Numbered from the stretch's first letter, positions 11,186 to 21,567 are shown. The stretch is 64,000 nucleotides of DNA from an uncultured Chloroflexia bacterium (GCA_963810095.1 CAWEMM010000006.1:736001-800000); one strand, 5' to 3'. Notes: a model not told the origin generated them from the letters alone. Program-made: numbers and translations.

Positions 11186-11227
11186 GGGGGAATATTGGGG
11201 GATAACGAGGGATAAATGGGGGATAAG
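11186..11227 (+). repeat. Four phased G-run direct repeats (GGGG/GAGG-GATAA-like)
   Basis: GGGGG-AATATT-GGGGG-ATAAC-GAGGG-ATAAAT-GGGGG-ATAAG, period 10-11 bp. Confidence 0.55.
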
Positions 11228-11236
11228 CGATGGTGT

Positions 11237-11286
11237 AGAAACCGGGTTTCTGCGCCAGCGAAGCCGGCAGGTGAAACCCGGTTTCT
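11237..11286. repeat. Palindromic repeat family C copy (AGAAACCGGGTTTCT...GAAACCCGGTTTCT)
   Basis: Inverted repeat between convergent genes; may act as a terminator. Confidence 0.7.
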
Positions 11287-11302
11287 CACACTGTGTCCAA
11301 CC

Positions 11303-12973
11303 CTATGACTTCGCCAGCTCCCGCCGCAGCATCTTGCCGATGGCACTCTTCGGCAGCGCCGTGCGGAACTCGACGTACTTGGGCACCTTGTAGCCGGTCA
11401 GGCTCTTCCGGCAGTGCTCCTTGATCTCGGCCTCGGTCGCGGTCATGCCCTCGCGCAGCACGACGTAAGCCTTAACCGCTTCGCCTGCATGCGGGTCGGG
11501 CACGCCGGCCACGCCCACTTCCTGCACCGCGGGATGGGTGGCGATAACCTCTTCAACCTCGCGCGGCCACACCTGGAAACCGCTCGGCTTGATGACGTCC
11601 TTCTTGCGGTCGACGATGGCCAGATAGCCGTCCTCGTCCAGGTATCCCAGGTCGCCCGTGTAGAGCCAGCCGTCGCGCAGCATGTCGGCCGTTTCCTTCG
11701 GCCGCTGCCAATACCCGGTCATCAGCTGAGGTGCGCGCACGGCCACCTCGCCGATCTGGCCGCACGGCATGTCGGTCGCCGCAGTGTCCGGGTCGACAAT
11801 GCGCACCTCCACGTCGGGCACGGGCATGCCGACAAACCCGGCTTTGTACGGGCCGGCGATCGGGCTGATCACGGTGGCCATGAAGGTCTCGGTGAGCGCG
11901 TAACCTTCGACGATGCGTCCCCCGGTGAGCGCCTCGAACCGCTGTTTCGTGTCGAGCATGAGCGGCGCCGCCCCCGAAATGCACAGCGTGATCGAAGTCA
12001 TGTCGACCTTCTTCGACTTGATCTTCTCGTGGTTCATCAGCGCGTTAAATAGCGTGGGGACGCCGGGCAGGAACGTGGGCTTGGTTTTCTCGATATTGGC
12101 CACCACGTCGTCCAGGTCACGCGGGTTCGGGATCATGATCATCGAGCTGCGCCCGAGCATGGCGACCGGGAGCACGCCCGCGGCCGCAAAGACGTGGAAC
12201 AGGGGCAGGTTGGTCATGAAACGATCTTCCCACTCGACGAGTGAGCTCGCGAACCAGGCCCGCACCTGCAACCCGGCTTGCACCAGGCCCAGGTGAGACG
12301 ACAGTGCGGCCTTCGAGATGCCCGTCGTACCGCCGGTAAAGAGGATCAATGCCGGATCTTGCGGCTTAACGTCGACGGTGGGCCGTCCCTTGCCCTTGTA
12401 CTCGTGGATGAGATCCTGGAACCAGAGGTCGTTGTCGCGCAGGCTCACCCGGTCGCCTTCCTTCTTCTCCTTCAGAAGCATGAACGCAACCATCAGCACC
12501 TTGGGCAGATACTCACGAATATTGGTGGCGACAATGCGCTTGAGGGGCGTCTTCGGCTGCACCGCCTTGACCTTCTCGTAAAAACGGGTCAGGACGATCG
12601 CAATCTCGGCCCCACATTCCCTGAGCGCGTGTTCGAGTTCGGGTGCGGTGTACAGCGGGTTGATGGGAGCGGCGACTGCGCCGGCCTTCCAGATGGCGAA
12701 CTGTCCAATGACGAACTGGGGGGTGTTGGGCATAACTATCGCAACGCGATCGCCCTTCTTCACCCCGTTCGCGACGAGGGCCTGTGCGAGTGCATCGCTG
12801 CGCCACTCGAGCTCGCCGTAGGAGATTTGCTCACCTTTGAAGATGAGCGCGACGTGGTGCGGCCGTAACTGCGCCGTCTCCCGCACGTGATCGAGCATCG
12901 TGATCTGGGGATAGGGCTCCAGCGTATGCGGCACGCCGGGGTCGTAGTGCTCCAACCAGGGTTTAGCCGACAT
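11303..12973 (-). CDS. Long-chain fatty acid-CoA ligase (FadD-like)
   Basis: KPWLEHY start, FTGGTTGISK, EGYALTE, YTGDLG and LPKSAIGKMLRREL. Confidence 0.92.
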   Translation of the reverse strand: MSAKPWLEHYDPGVPHTLEPYPQITMLDHVRETAQLRPHHVALIFKGEQISYGELEWRSDALAQALVANGVKKGDRVAIVMPNTPQFVIGQFAIWKAGAVAAPINPLYTAPELEHALRECGAEIAIVLTRFYEKVKAVQPKTPLKRIVATNIREYLPKVLMVAFMLLKEKKEGDRVSLRDNDLWFQDLIHEYKGKGRPTVDVKPQDPALILFTGGTTGISKAALSSHLGLVQAGLQVRAWFASSLVEWEDRFMTNLPLFHVFAAAGVLPVAMLGRSSMIMIPNPRDLDDVVANIEKTKPTFLPGVPTLFNALMNHEKIKSKKVDMTSITLCISGAAPLMLDTKQRFEALTGGRIVEGYALTETFMATVISPIAGPYKAGFVGMPVPDVEVRIVDPDTAATDMPCGQIGEVAVRAPQLMTGYWQRPKETADMLRDGWLYTGDLGYLDEDGYLAIVDRKKDVIKPSGFQVWPREVEEVIATHPAVQEVGVAGVPDPHAGEAVKAYVVLREGMTATEAEIKEHCRKSLTGYKVPKYVEFRTALPKSAIGKMLRRELAKS

Positions 12974-13182
12974 CACAACCTCCAAACTCAAGCAGAAAGA
13001 GAGGGCCAACCAACACGGAGACGCAGGATGGGGAAGCGCCAGACGGGCCCGTTAAGTCGGTCGGACCGGCGGCGGTTTGGAGCCTGCCGGGCAAGCCCTG
13101 CCCTCCCCACCACCTTAACGATAGCGGCACGTTGCATCAATGTCGGTGACGCGCGTGACAAACAAGAGCGGTTTTCGCCCTG

Positions 13183-14469
13183 CTACATGGCCCGACGAAG
13201 GGCGTACGCGTCGCGTTCAAGCCCTTCGCGGAACTCCGGATGTGCGATATCGATCAGCGCCCGCATGCGCTCGCGCACGGTCTTCCCGTGCAGTTGTGCC
13301 ACGCCGAACTCTGTAACAACATAGTCGACGTCGTTACGAGACGTGGTGACCACTGCCCCGGGTTTCAGGGCCGGTACGATGCGGGAAATCGTGCCGTTCT
13401 TGGCCGTGCTGGTCAGAACGATTACCGCCTTGCCGCCTTCCGCCAGCCGGGCGCCGCGCACGAAGTCGACCTGCCCGCCCACGCCGCTGTACTGCGTCTG
13501 GCCGAGCGTGTCCGCGCACACCTGCCCGAGCAGATCCACTTCCAGCGCGGCGTTGATGGCAACCATGTTGCGGTTCTGGCAGATCACTGCCGGGTTGTTG
13601 GTGTAGCTGACGGGGTGCATCTCGATCAGGGGATTACGGTCGAGCCAATCATATAAGCGCCGCGAGCCCATGATAAAGGTCGCGATGATCTTGCCCGGAT
13701 GCAAGGTCTTCTCCGCGTTGGTGATGACGCCCTCGCACACCAGGTCCATGACCGCGTCGGAGATCATTTCGGAATGCACCCCGAGGTGTTTGCGGTCCCT
13801 CAGCCGGCTGCACACCACCTCGGGCATTGCGCCGATGCCGATCTGCAGCGTCGCGCCGTCGTCGATGAGCGCGGCCGCGTTCTCGCCGGTGCGCCGCTCG
13901 GCGTCGTCGGGAGCGCTGGGGGGCACTTCGGGGATGGGGCGGTCCACCTCGACCAGGTAGTCGATATCCGAAACGTGAACCATGCAGTCCCCGTAGAGAC
14001 GCGGCATGGTCGGATTGACCTCCGCAATAACCGTCCGGCAGACCTGGGTCGCTCGCAGCGAGTAATCGACGGACACGCCGAGGCTGCAGTAACCGTCTTC
14101 ATCGGGAGGCGACACGCTGACCATGGCAACGTCCGCGGGGATATGCGTGCCAATGATCGAAGGCACCTGGCTGAAAAAGCAGGGCATGAAATCGGCCCAG
14201 CCATCGTTCACAGCAACACGGGTGCCGGTGGAGCAGAAGAGCGAGACGTGGCGGATGCTTTCGGAGATGTCGGGGCGCAGGTACGCGGGCCGGCCAAGGA
14301 TCAGGATGGCGGCGGTCCGCACCCCGCGCAGCTCGGCGGCCCGACCCGCGAGGGCCTCCAGCACGGTCCGCGGCTCCCCGCACGCGTTAGCCACCATGAT
14401 TGTGTCGCCCGAGCGGACAGCCTGGACCGCTTCCGCGGGGGTCACCCAGTTACCACGTGATCGGTTCAC
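13183..14469 (-). CDS. Acetyl-CoA hydrolase/transferase (4-hydroxybutyrate CoA-transferase-like)
   Basis: LQIGIG, GVHSEM, SGVGGQVDFVRGA and YVVTEFG. Confidence 0.92.
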   Translation of the reverse strand: MNRSRGNWVTPAEAVQAVRSGDTIMVANACGEPRTVLEALAGRAAELRGVRTAAILILGRPAYLRPDISESIRHVSLFCSTGTRVAVNDGWADFMPCFFSQVPSIIGTHIPADVAMVSVSPPDEDGYCSLGVSVDYSLRATQVCRTVIAEVNPTMPRLYGDCMVHVSDIDYLVEVDRPIPEVPPSAPDDAERRTGENAAALIDDGATLQIGIGAMPEVVCSRLRDRKHLGVHSEMISDAVMDLVCEGVITNAEKTLHPGKIIATFIMGSRRLYDWLDRNPLIEMHPVSYTNNPAVICQNRNMVAINAALEVDLLGQVCADTLGQTQYSGVGGQVDFVRGARLAEGGKAVIVLTSTAKNGTISRIVPALKPGAVVTTSRNDVDYVVTEFGVAQLHGKTVRERMRALIDIAHPEFREGLERDAYALRRAM

Positions 14470-14695
14470 GGTCGTCTCCGTTTCCGCTGGCGAGGTTTGA
14501 GAGGGATAGGATCAATATAACATAAGGCACCCTAGAACACGAAGCGCGAAAATCGCGCGGCCATATGCGCGCTTAACGTGGGGGGTGCGCGCCTTCGGGT
14601 CCCCGTGTTCCAACCCTTCAGCGTCCACCGCCTCCCATCCCGGCTGTGATACAATACCCCGGCAACCTCGTCATTCACCCGGAACGGAGCATCCG

Positions 14696-17251
14696 ATGCC
14701 ACACGAACTGACCGCCGACCAGCTGCGCCGCCGTTTCGATCCTTCCCGATTCACCTTCCGGTCTACTGCCGACGCACCGGACCTGGGTGGCATTATCGGC
14801 CAGGATCGGGCGGCACGCGCGATCGAATTTGGCCTCGAAATCCCCTATCCGGGTTACAACGTCTTCGCCACCGGCCCAACCGGCGCAGGAAAAACGAGCA
14901 TCATCACGCGCTTTCTGCAAGACAAGGCCGCGAGCCGGCCGGTGCCCCCCGACTGGGGCTATGCTCACAACTTTGCCGACCCGGACCGGCCGCTCGCGCT
15001 CCGGCTGCCGCCCGGCGGGGGTCTCAAGCTGCGCGACCAGGTCAACGCGCTGCTCGCCCAGGTGGGCCAGGTGCTGGAGAAGCTGTTTGTCAGCGACCAG
15101 TACGTGCAGAGCCGCAACGCGCTCGGCCGCCAGCTCGATCAGCTGCGTGGTGACCAGTTCCGCGCGCTCGAAGCCGCGGTGCGCGAGCAGGGCTTCGTGC
15201 TGAACCGGAAAGAGGACGGGTTCATGCTGACCCCGCTCAAAGACGGCCAGCCGCTGACGCCCGAGCAATACGAGGCTTTGCCCGAAGAGGAACGCAATGC
15301 CATCGACGGCAAAGGCGGTGCGCTACAGGAGCAAATGGAGCGCACCGCACGCCAGGTCCAGGAGTTGGAAGATGCGGCGCGCGCGCGCCTTGCCAGTATG
15401 GACCAGGAGGTCGCGGCATCGGTGCTGCAACCGCTCTTCGAGCGGCTGGGCCAGGAATACGCCGATTGGCCCCAGGTAACGAGCTACCTCGCCACCGTCC
15501 ACGCTCATATCGCAGCAAACACGGCCGATTTCCGCCAGGGCCAGGCATCGGCACCCAGCGCGGGCCAGAATCCGCCGGAGAGCGAGACGCCGCCCTGGCT
15601 CCGCAGCCGCCCATCCTCGCCTATCGACCGTTACCGGCTGAACGTGCTCGTCGACAACAGCGGGCTGACGGGCGCGCCCGTGGTCGACGAGACGAACCCG
15701 ACGTACGGCAACCTGATCGGCCGGGTGGAGATGCGCGCCCAGCTCGGGACGCTGGTCACCGACTACCGGTATATCAAGCCCGGCGCGCTGCACCGCGCCA
15801 ACGGCGGCTATCTCCTGCTCGACGCACGTGTGCTGCTGCGCCAGCCCGGCGCGTGGGAAGGGCTCAAGCAGGCGCTGCGCAACCGCCGCATCCGCATGGA
15901 AGACGTGCTCCAACCGCCGGGGGTGCTCGCCACCACGACGCTCAACCCCGAACCGATTCCGCTCGACCTCAAGGTCGTCTTGATCGGCGACCTGCAGACG
16001 TACTACGCGCTCTACAGCCTCGACGAGCAGTTCGCCAAGCTCTTCAAGGTGCGGGCAGATTTTTCGTCGGAGATGGACTGGACTGCGGAAAACGAGCAGC
16101 GCATTGTCGAATTCATCCGCAACCGGTGCGACGAGGCGGGCCTGCCCCAATTCGACATGGGCGCAGTGGCCGAGGTCGTCGAGTTCAGTGCGCGGACGGT
16201 GGAGGACCAGGACAAGCTCACCGCCCGGTTCGCGCTGGTCACCGACGTGATCCAGGAGGCCGCGTTTTGGGCGGGCCGCGCGGGGCACGAGCTTGTCACG
16301 CGGGAGGACGTGCAGGCAGCTCTCGCCGCGCGAGAAGGCCGCTCGAACCAATACGAGGAGCGGATGCGGGAGATGATCGCGGACCGGACCATCATGGTGG
16401 ACACGTCTGGAGAGGTCGTCGGGCAGATTAACGGGCTGGCGGTGCTCGACCTCGGAGACTATGCCTTCGGGAAGCCCAGCCGTATCACGGCGACGACGTT
16501 CCAGGGCCGGGCGGGCGTGATCAACATCGAACGCGAGGCGCGCATGAGCGGCCGGACCCATGACAAGGGTGTCCTCATCCTGGCCGGGTTCCTCGGCGGC
16601 CGCTACGCGCAGGACAAGCCGCTCAGCCTGTCGGCCAGCGTCACGTTCGAGCAATCCTACGATGGTGTGGACGGTGACAGTGCGTCGTCGACCGAACTCT
16701 ACGTGCTCATGTCGAGCCTGGCCGCGCTGCCCATCAAGCAGTCGATCGCGGTGACCGGCTCGGTCAACCAGCACGGCGAGATTCAACCTGTGGGCGGCGT
16801 GACCCACAAGGTCGAAGGCTTCTTCGAGACGTGCAAGGCGGCCAAGGGCGGCCTGACCGGCGAGCAGGGGGTCGTCCTGCCGGCCTCCAACGTCGCCAAC
16901 CTGATGCTGCGCGACGAGGTGGTCCAGGCGGTAGCCCAGGGCAAGTTCCACATCTGGCCGGTGACGACGATTGACGAGGGGATCGAAATCCTGACCGGCG
17001 TGCCGGCCGGCGAACGCGGCGAGGACGGGAGCTATCCGGCCGACAGCGTCAACGGCCGGGTCGACCGCAAGCTGTTTGAGTTGGCCGAGCGCCTGCAGCG
17101 CTTTGGCCGGGATGGGGGGAACGGGCGGGAGAAGACCGAGCGCCACGGCGAGCCAGAAACGAGCCCCGAGCCGCCCCTGCCCGGCGATCAACCCGAACCC
17201 ACGCCCCCCGAACCCGAGCTGCCCGGCGACCGCCCCGAGCCGGCCACGTAG
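14696..17251 (+). CDS. Lon-like ATP-dependent protease (AAA + S16 protease domain, LonC-like)
   Basis: Walker A GPTGAGKT; IKPGALHRANGG; catalytic Ser in DGDSAS and Lys in GGVTHKVEGF. Confidence 0.9.
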   Translation: MPHELTADQLRRRFDPSRFTFRSTADAPDLGGIIGQDRAARAIEFGLEIPYPGYNVFATGPTGAGKTSIITRFLQDKAASRPVPPDWGYAHNFADPDRPLALRLPPGGGLKLRDQVNALLAQVGQVLEKLFVSDQYVQSRNALGRQLDQLRGDQFRALEAAVREQGFVLNRKEDGFMLTPLKDGQPLTPEQYEALPEEERNAIDGKGGALQEQMERTARQVQELEDAARARLASMDQEVAASVLQPLFERLGQEYADWPQVTSYLATVHAHIAANTADFRQGQASAPSAGQNPPESETPPWLRSRPSSPIDRYRLNVLVDNSGLTGAPVVDETNPTYGNLIGRVEMRAQLGTLVTDYRYIKPGALHRANGGYLLLDARVLLRQPGAWEGLKQALRNRRIRMEDVLQPPGVLATTTLNPEPIPLDLKVVLIGDLQTYYALYSLDEQFAKLFKVRADFSSEMDWTAENEQRIVEFIRNRCDEAGLPQFDMGAVAEVVEFSARTVEDQDKLTARFALVTDVIQEAAFWAGRAGHELVTREDVQAALAAREGRSNQYEERMREMIADRTIMVDTSGEVVGQINGLAVLDLGDYAFGKPSRITATTFQGRAGVINIEREARMSGRTHDKGVLILAGFLGGRYAQDKPLSLSASVTFEQSYDGVDGDSASSTELYVLMSSLAALPIKQSIAVTGSVNQHGEIQPVGGVTHKVEGFFETCKAAKGGLTGEQGVVLPASNVANLMLRDEVVQAVAQGKFHIWPVTTIDEGIEILTGVPAGERGEDGSYPADSVNGRVDRKLFELAERLQRFGRDGGNGREKTERHGEPETSPEPPLPGDQPEPTPPEPELPGDRPEPAT

Positions 17252-17273
17252 GGCGCAAGATCGGGGTAAGGCT

Positions 17274-17347
17274 TAACCACAAAGCCACCAAGAAACGGAG
17301 GTGCACGAAGCATTTAGTGTCTTGGTGTCTTTGTGTCTTTGTGGTTA
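17274..17347. repeat. Palindromic repeat family A, copy 3
   Basis: TAACCACAAAGCCACCAAG...CTTTGTGTCTTTGTGGTTA. Confidence 0.85.
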
Positions 17348-17350
17348 TCC

Positions 17351-18466
17351 CTATAGCGACGCCAACACCGCGTCCGCCTTCTGATGCAGCAAGTACAGCG
17401 GAACGCTCTGCGGGCACGCGCCGCTGCAAGACTCGCACTGCACGCAGTGGCCTGCGAGGCGGGCCGCACACGCCAGGTGCGCGCACGCTGTTTGGACCGC
17501 GGTGGGCGTGTGCCCATTGTGTGGGGCGAGCGCGTCGCCCAGGCAGTTGGTGTAGCACTGGAACGGGCACACGCTGCGGCAGCCGTCGCAGTGGACGCAG
17601 TTGCCGAACTGGGCGCTCCAGAAGGCCGCCCGGTCGGCCAGCGACCAGCGCTCGAGCGCGGCCAGCTCGTCGCCCGCAGGCAGCCCGGCGGTATCCAGTG
17701 CCCCGGGCAGAAGCACGTCACACTGGCCCTGTTCGACGCCCTGGCCAATCAGGAACAGCGCTTGCGGCACCTGGATACCGTCCTCGCGCAGCGCGTCGAT
17801 GCACGCCAACTCGGCCGGGCGGACCACCACGGCAACGTTTTGCTCCGCGACCGTTTCCAGGAGCGTCGCCAGATTCGGGTAGCCCCGACCGCCCGCAAAG
17901 AGGCGCTGCGCCTGCTCGACCGTCCGCGCCAAGGTCGGCCGGATCTCGTCGCTCCCCTGGCCCCATGCCAGCACGCCTTCCACCTTGCCCGACCGCAGCA
18001 GTTCGACCGCCAGCTTTCGCAGCGCTTGGCTCGTCGCCGCGGGTGCGTGCGCCGAGACGTTGCGCGTCGATAAGGTTGCCAACTCGGCGCGCAGGTCGGT
18101 GCTGCCGTCAAACGCCCACGGTCCCAGCCGCCGCACACTCGCGTTGAATGCCGCCTGGCTCCAGTTGTCGGGCGCGCCCTCGACCAGGGCCAACCGCTCG
18201 CGATCACAACCGACAAAGTGCAGCAGCTCGCGCAACACCAGGACACGCCGGCGGTGGCTCTCGGTCGCCCGGCCCACCCAGGCCACCATCACGCCGTCCG
18301 CGCCATGGGCAAACGCAGTCAGGATTTTGAGGATGTCAATTGAGCCCGTCGTGGTCGTCTGTACGAGCCGGGTATTTGCAGGCGCGCCAGCCGGCGCGAC
18401 GACGGTCCGTCCCAGGACAGCGGTTTCGGATGTGGAGCGAGTTGGAGCGAAGGGCATGGTGGTCAC
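17351..18466 (-). CDS. Fe-S protein: degenerate MvhD-like domain fused to an FrhB/FdhB(FlxC)-like region with a 4Fe-4S dicluster
   Basis: AFAHGADGV and LLHFVGCDRERL resemble MvhD; C-terminal CVHCDGCRSVCP and CVQCESCSGACP. ATG start may be 18457. Confidence 0.65.
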   Translation of the reverse strand: MTTMPFAPTRSTSETAVLGRTVVAPAGAPANTRLVQTTTTGSIDILKILTAFAHGADGVMVAWVGRATESHRRRVLVLRELLHFVGCDRERLALVEGAPDNWSQAAFNASVRRLGPWAFDGSTDLRAELATLSTRNVSAHAPAATSQALRKLAVELLRSGKVEGVLAWGQGSDEIRPTLARTVEQAQRLFAGGRGYPNLATLLETVAEQNVAVVVRPAELACIDALREDGIQVPQALFLIGQGVEQGQCDVLLPGALDTAGLPAGDELAALERWSLADRAAFWSAQFGNCVHCDGCRSVCPFQCYTNCLGDALAPHNGHTPTAVQTACAHLACAARLAGHCVQCESCSGACPQSVPLYLLHQKADAVLASL

Positions 18467-18511
18467 GGCGATTCTCCGAGTCGCAGCAGCAAGCGCTGCT
18501 GCACAATAAGT

Positions 18512-18603
18512 TCGTGCCTATTCACACGATCTAATTGTGCATTATAGAACGAATCGGGTTGCCGGGTATGATCTAGCGCATGTTTCCGTGGGAAATTTCA
18601 CAA
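18512..18603 (-). promoter_or_regulatory. Promoter with Rex-like operators (GTG-N8-CAC)
   Basis: TCGTG-N8-CACGA (18512-18529), TTGTG-N8-AACGA (18535-18552, overlapping a minus-strand TATAAT at 18541-18546) and CCGTG-N8-CACAA (18586-18603). Confidence 0.55.
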
Positions 18604-18615
18604 AGTCGCGCCCAC

Positions 18616-19500
18616 TCACGAGCGCGCCAGCTTTACCAGCTCGGCCAGGCTCTGCTCCGGATAGCCGAAGCGGGGATAGTCTGACGGAAAAGTCTGGTAG
18701 CCCGCTTGCATGAGGCCCTTGACGTTGGTCGAGCTAACGGGGAGGCGCACGAGCGGCTGTTTCTCCAGCAGCTCGACCCCGAGCAGCACCGGGCGAATCG
18801 GGAGCGACACGGTGAGGCGCTTGAGGCCGTAGCCGCGCACGATCGCATCCATCACCTGGCGCAGGGTGTACGGCTTGGGTTGTGGCAGGTTCCAGGAGCG
18901 CGCCCGCAGGCCCTGGCCGCCCGCGACAAAAATGTCCCGAAGGATTTCCGATAACCGTCCTACGCCGAGGACGTACAGCAGTTGCCGGCCGCCGCCCAAC
19001 ATGGGGATCACCGGGCTGCGCCGTGCCGATTCGACCAGCTTGGCGAACATGCCGCCCTGACCGACGACCACGCCGAGGCGCACGACAACCTCGCCTGCCT
19101 CGTTGAAGGCCTGCTCCAGCGCCCACTTGCCCCGACCGTATTCGGCCAGGGCGTCCTCGGCTGCCGACAGGCTGCTCAGCAAGACCTGCACGCCGGCGCC
19201 CGCGGCCTGGCCCTCTTCCAGCCAACGCTGGGTGCCGCCCACGTTAACGTCGTAGCGGTCAGGCGCAGGATCAAGCGCCGTGTGCAGGATAGCGTCGGGA
19301 TGGACTTCGGCCAGCACTGCGGCCATGGACTCACCCAGCGCCACGGGGTAGACCTGGCGGTAGGCGGGCGGCGCGGCCGCGCCGGCCCGGTCCACGCCGA
19401 AGACTTCCCAGCCCTCGCCGGCCATGCGCCGGGCGACGTGACCGGCGATAAAGCCGCTCGCGCCCGTAATCAGCACCCGCTGACCCCGCTGAGCAGGCGC
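18616..19500 (-). CDS. NAD-dependent epimerase/dehydratase (SDR); possibly the C-terminal domain of a fusion with the upstream oxidoreductase
   Basis: RVLITGASGFIAG and YGRGK (YxxxK). No ATG precedes the domain, so the 5' boundary is approximate. Confidence 0.75.
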   Translation of the reverse strand, partial: APAQRGQRVLITGASGFIAGHVARRMAGEGWEVFGVDRAGAAAPPAYRQVYPVALGESMAAVLAEVHPDAILHTALDPAPDRYDVNVGGTQRWLEEGQAAGAGVQVLLSSLSAAEDALAEYGRGKWALEQAFNEAGEVVVRLGVVVGQGGMFAKLVESARRSPVIPMLGGGRQLLYVLGVGRLSEILRDIFVAGGQGLRARSWNLPQPKPYTLRQVMDAIVRGYGLKRLTVSLPIRPVLLGVELLEKQPLVRLPVSSTNVKGLMQAGYQTFPSDYPRFGYPEQSLAELVKLARS

Positions 19501-21146
19501 TGCGGCCGCCCGGAGGCTGGCGGGCCTCGCCGCTCGCTGAGGCACCCACGGCCGCAGCCGCACCCACTGCCGAAGCGGCCACCCGCATCGCGTTGGTCAT
19601 CATGCCAAAGGACATGTTCTTGGCCGGCAGGTCGGCGAACCCGGCCGAGTCCGCCACATAGACGCGCTCCGCGCCGGCCAGCCGGCCGTCGGGCCAGCAC
19701 TGATACTTGGCGGGCGCCTTCCGCATGGGCAGCGTGCCCGCGTAGTGAATCGCATGGCCCGTCTCCGGCTTGTAGATCAGCATCGGGTGCGTCCACAGCC
19801 CGAGCCGGCGCATGGCGCCGAGCAAACCGCCCAACTGGCGCAGATCGATCGCATTGGGTTTGCCCACGATGCGCAGCCGCCCGTCCGGCTTGAGCGAGAT
19901 GGACGCGGGACCCTGCACGCTGACGGAGAAGTACAGCTGCATGACGAGCATGGCCGGGAGCATGGTCTTGATCAGCGCGAGGTTCGCGCGTGCCGACAGG
20001 GGGAAGCGGCCAAAAAACTCCGCACGCATCGGCGAGGTGATTTCGAGGATGCTGCCCTGGCCGAGGCAGCCGTACGGCGTCGGGTCCCAGATCAGGTTAA
20101 GCTGGGTCAGGCCGAACGTATGCGTGTCGAGCCGCCGCCCGATCGCAGACGGGATGACGAACGGGATCTGGACGGCGGGGTTTTCGAGCAGCGGCAGCCG
20201 TGTGTCCGTATCCCCGTTGCTCCGCAGCACGATCTTCGTCGTTCCGATCACGCCGGCCGCCAAGAGCAGGATGTCACCTTCGAACGTCACAGACCGGCCG
20301 GTTGCGAGCTCACGGGCGGTGACCGTAACGGGCGCGCCCCCGCCGTGCACACCGGCGCGCTCTTCGTATGACTCCACCAGAAAGCCGGGGCGGTAGTCAA
20401 CCTGGCCGCTTGCGATGAGCTTGCGTAGCGTGACCGCAGGCGTGTAGAGGTAGGACTGGTCTTGCCAAAACTCGGTGTTGCTATAGTCACAAGGCGCCCG
20501 GCCTTCGTGCTCCACGCTCGAGCGCGCCGATGCGCGGCCGGCCCATCAGGATGCCCGCCGTCCGCATCTGCTCCCGCTGTTTGCGGTACGCCGAATAAAC
20601 CTGGCCTGCATTCCGCGACAGCTTCACCGGCGGCAGCAGCCCTTCCGAACTGCCGAAGTAGGGCGCCAGGTCGTCGCCCGCGCCGCTGATGCCCACCTCC
20701 CGCGTCAGCACATCCGCGTAGGGGTCGAGGTCTGCCGCCCGGATCGGGAAGCCGGCGAGGTCCGCGTCGACGAACCGGTACAGCCCCGCGCCCCATGCAT
20801 TTCCGAGCCCGCCGAGCGCAAACGACTGCATGGCCTGGAAATGCTCGGCGTCGAGCGGCGAAAGCTCGGCCGCGCCCGCGGTAATGAACCGGCTGTTGGG
20901 CGCGTTGAGCTTGGCAATCCCGGTTTCCCCGGTGATGATGTCGCTGACGCCGGAAAAGTCCGCGCCGATGTGGAGATCGAAGCTGTCATTGCGCTCGCGC
21001 CACTCGTACAGGTTGCCCTCGGCGCGCGTGGCGTGCTTCGGCTGCACCCCCACATCCAGCATGAGGGTCCTGATGCCCATACCCGCCAGCTGCAGCGCGG
21101 CCGCGGCTGCCGATGCCCCGGCCCCGACGACAATCACGCGCTTCAT
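19501..21146 (-). CDS. GMC-family FAD oxidoreductase (frameshift near 20520; 3' boundary uncertain)
   Basis: VIVVGAGASA Rossmann motif, GGLGNAWGAG, LLAAGVIGT, HYAGTLPM and VYVADSA. Confidence 0.75.
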
Positions 21147-21559
21147 TCGCTGCCTCCCGCCGGCACCCGGCGCAGCAAGCCGAATCCCTTCACCATCAAC
21201 CACGCGGTCCGGACGGTCATAAAGCCCACGCTCAGAAAGGCCCCGGGCAGGTTGTCGCGATGACTGATAAAGAGACCCTGGTTCTCCGGCACTGTCTCAG
21301 CGAGGTAGGCCATCAAGCGGAACTTGCGGGTGAGCAACGGCAGCCGCCGGGTGTAACGCGCAGCCAGCTCGAGCGCCTCAAGGTCCAGGTCGCTCGCAAC
21401 GGCGGCCCGGTACTGCGCGAGCTCGACAGGTGCGACATGCGCCTCGAGCCGGGCGGAACCCTCGGCAAAACGTTGTGCGACAACCGGGGGGATGCGCCGG
21501 CCGAACAGCGTGTGGTAGATCCGCTCGGATTCTGCGAGGTAGGGGGGCGTGTCGGACAT
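21143..21559 (-). CDS. Hypothetical protein, coupled to the GMC gene
   Basis: 138-aa ORF with an ATGA overlap with the next gene. Confidence 0.65.
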   Translation of the reverse strand: MSDTPPYLAESERIYHTLFGRRIPPVVAQRFAEGSARLEAHVAPVELAQYRAAVASDLDLEALELAARYTRRLPLLTRKFRLMAYLAETVPENQGLFISHRDNLPGAFLSVGFMTVRTAWLMVKGFGLLRRVPAGGSE

Positions 21560-21567
21560 GGAAACGA

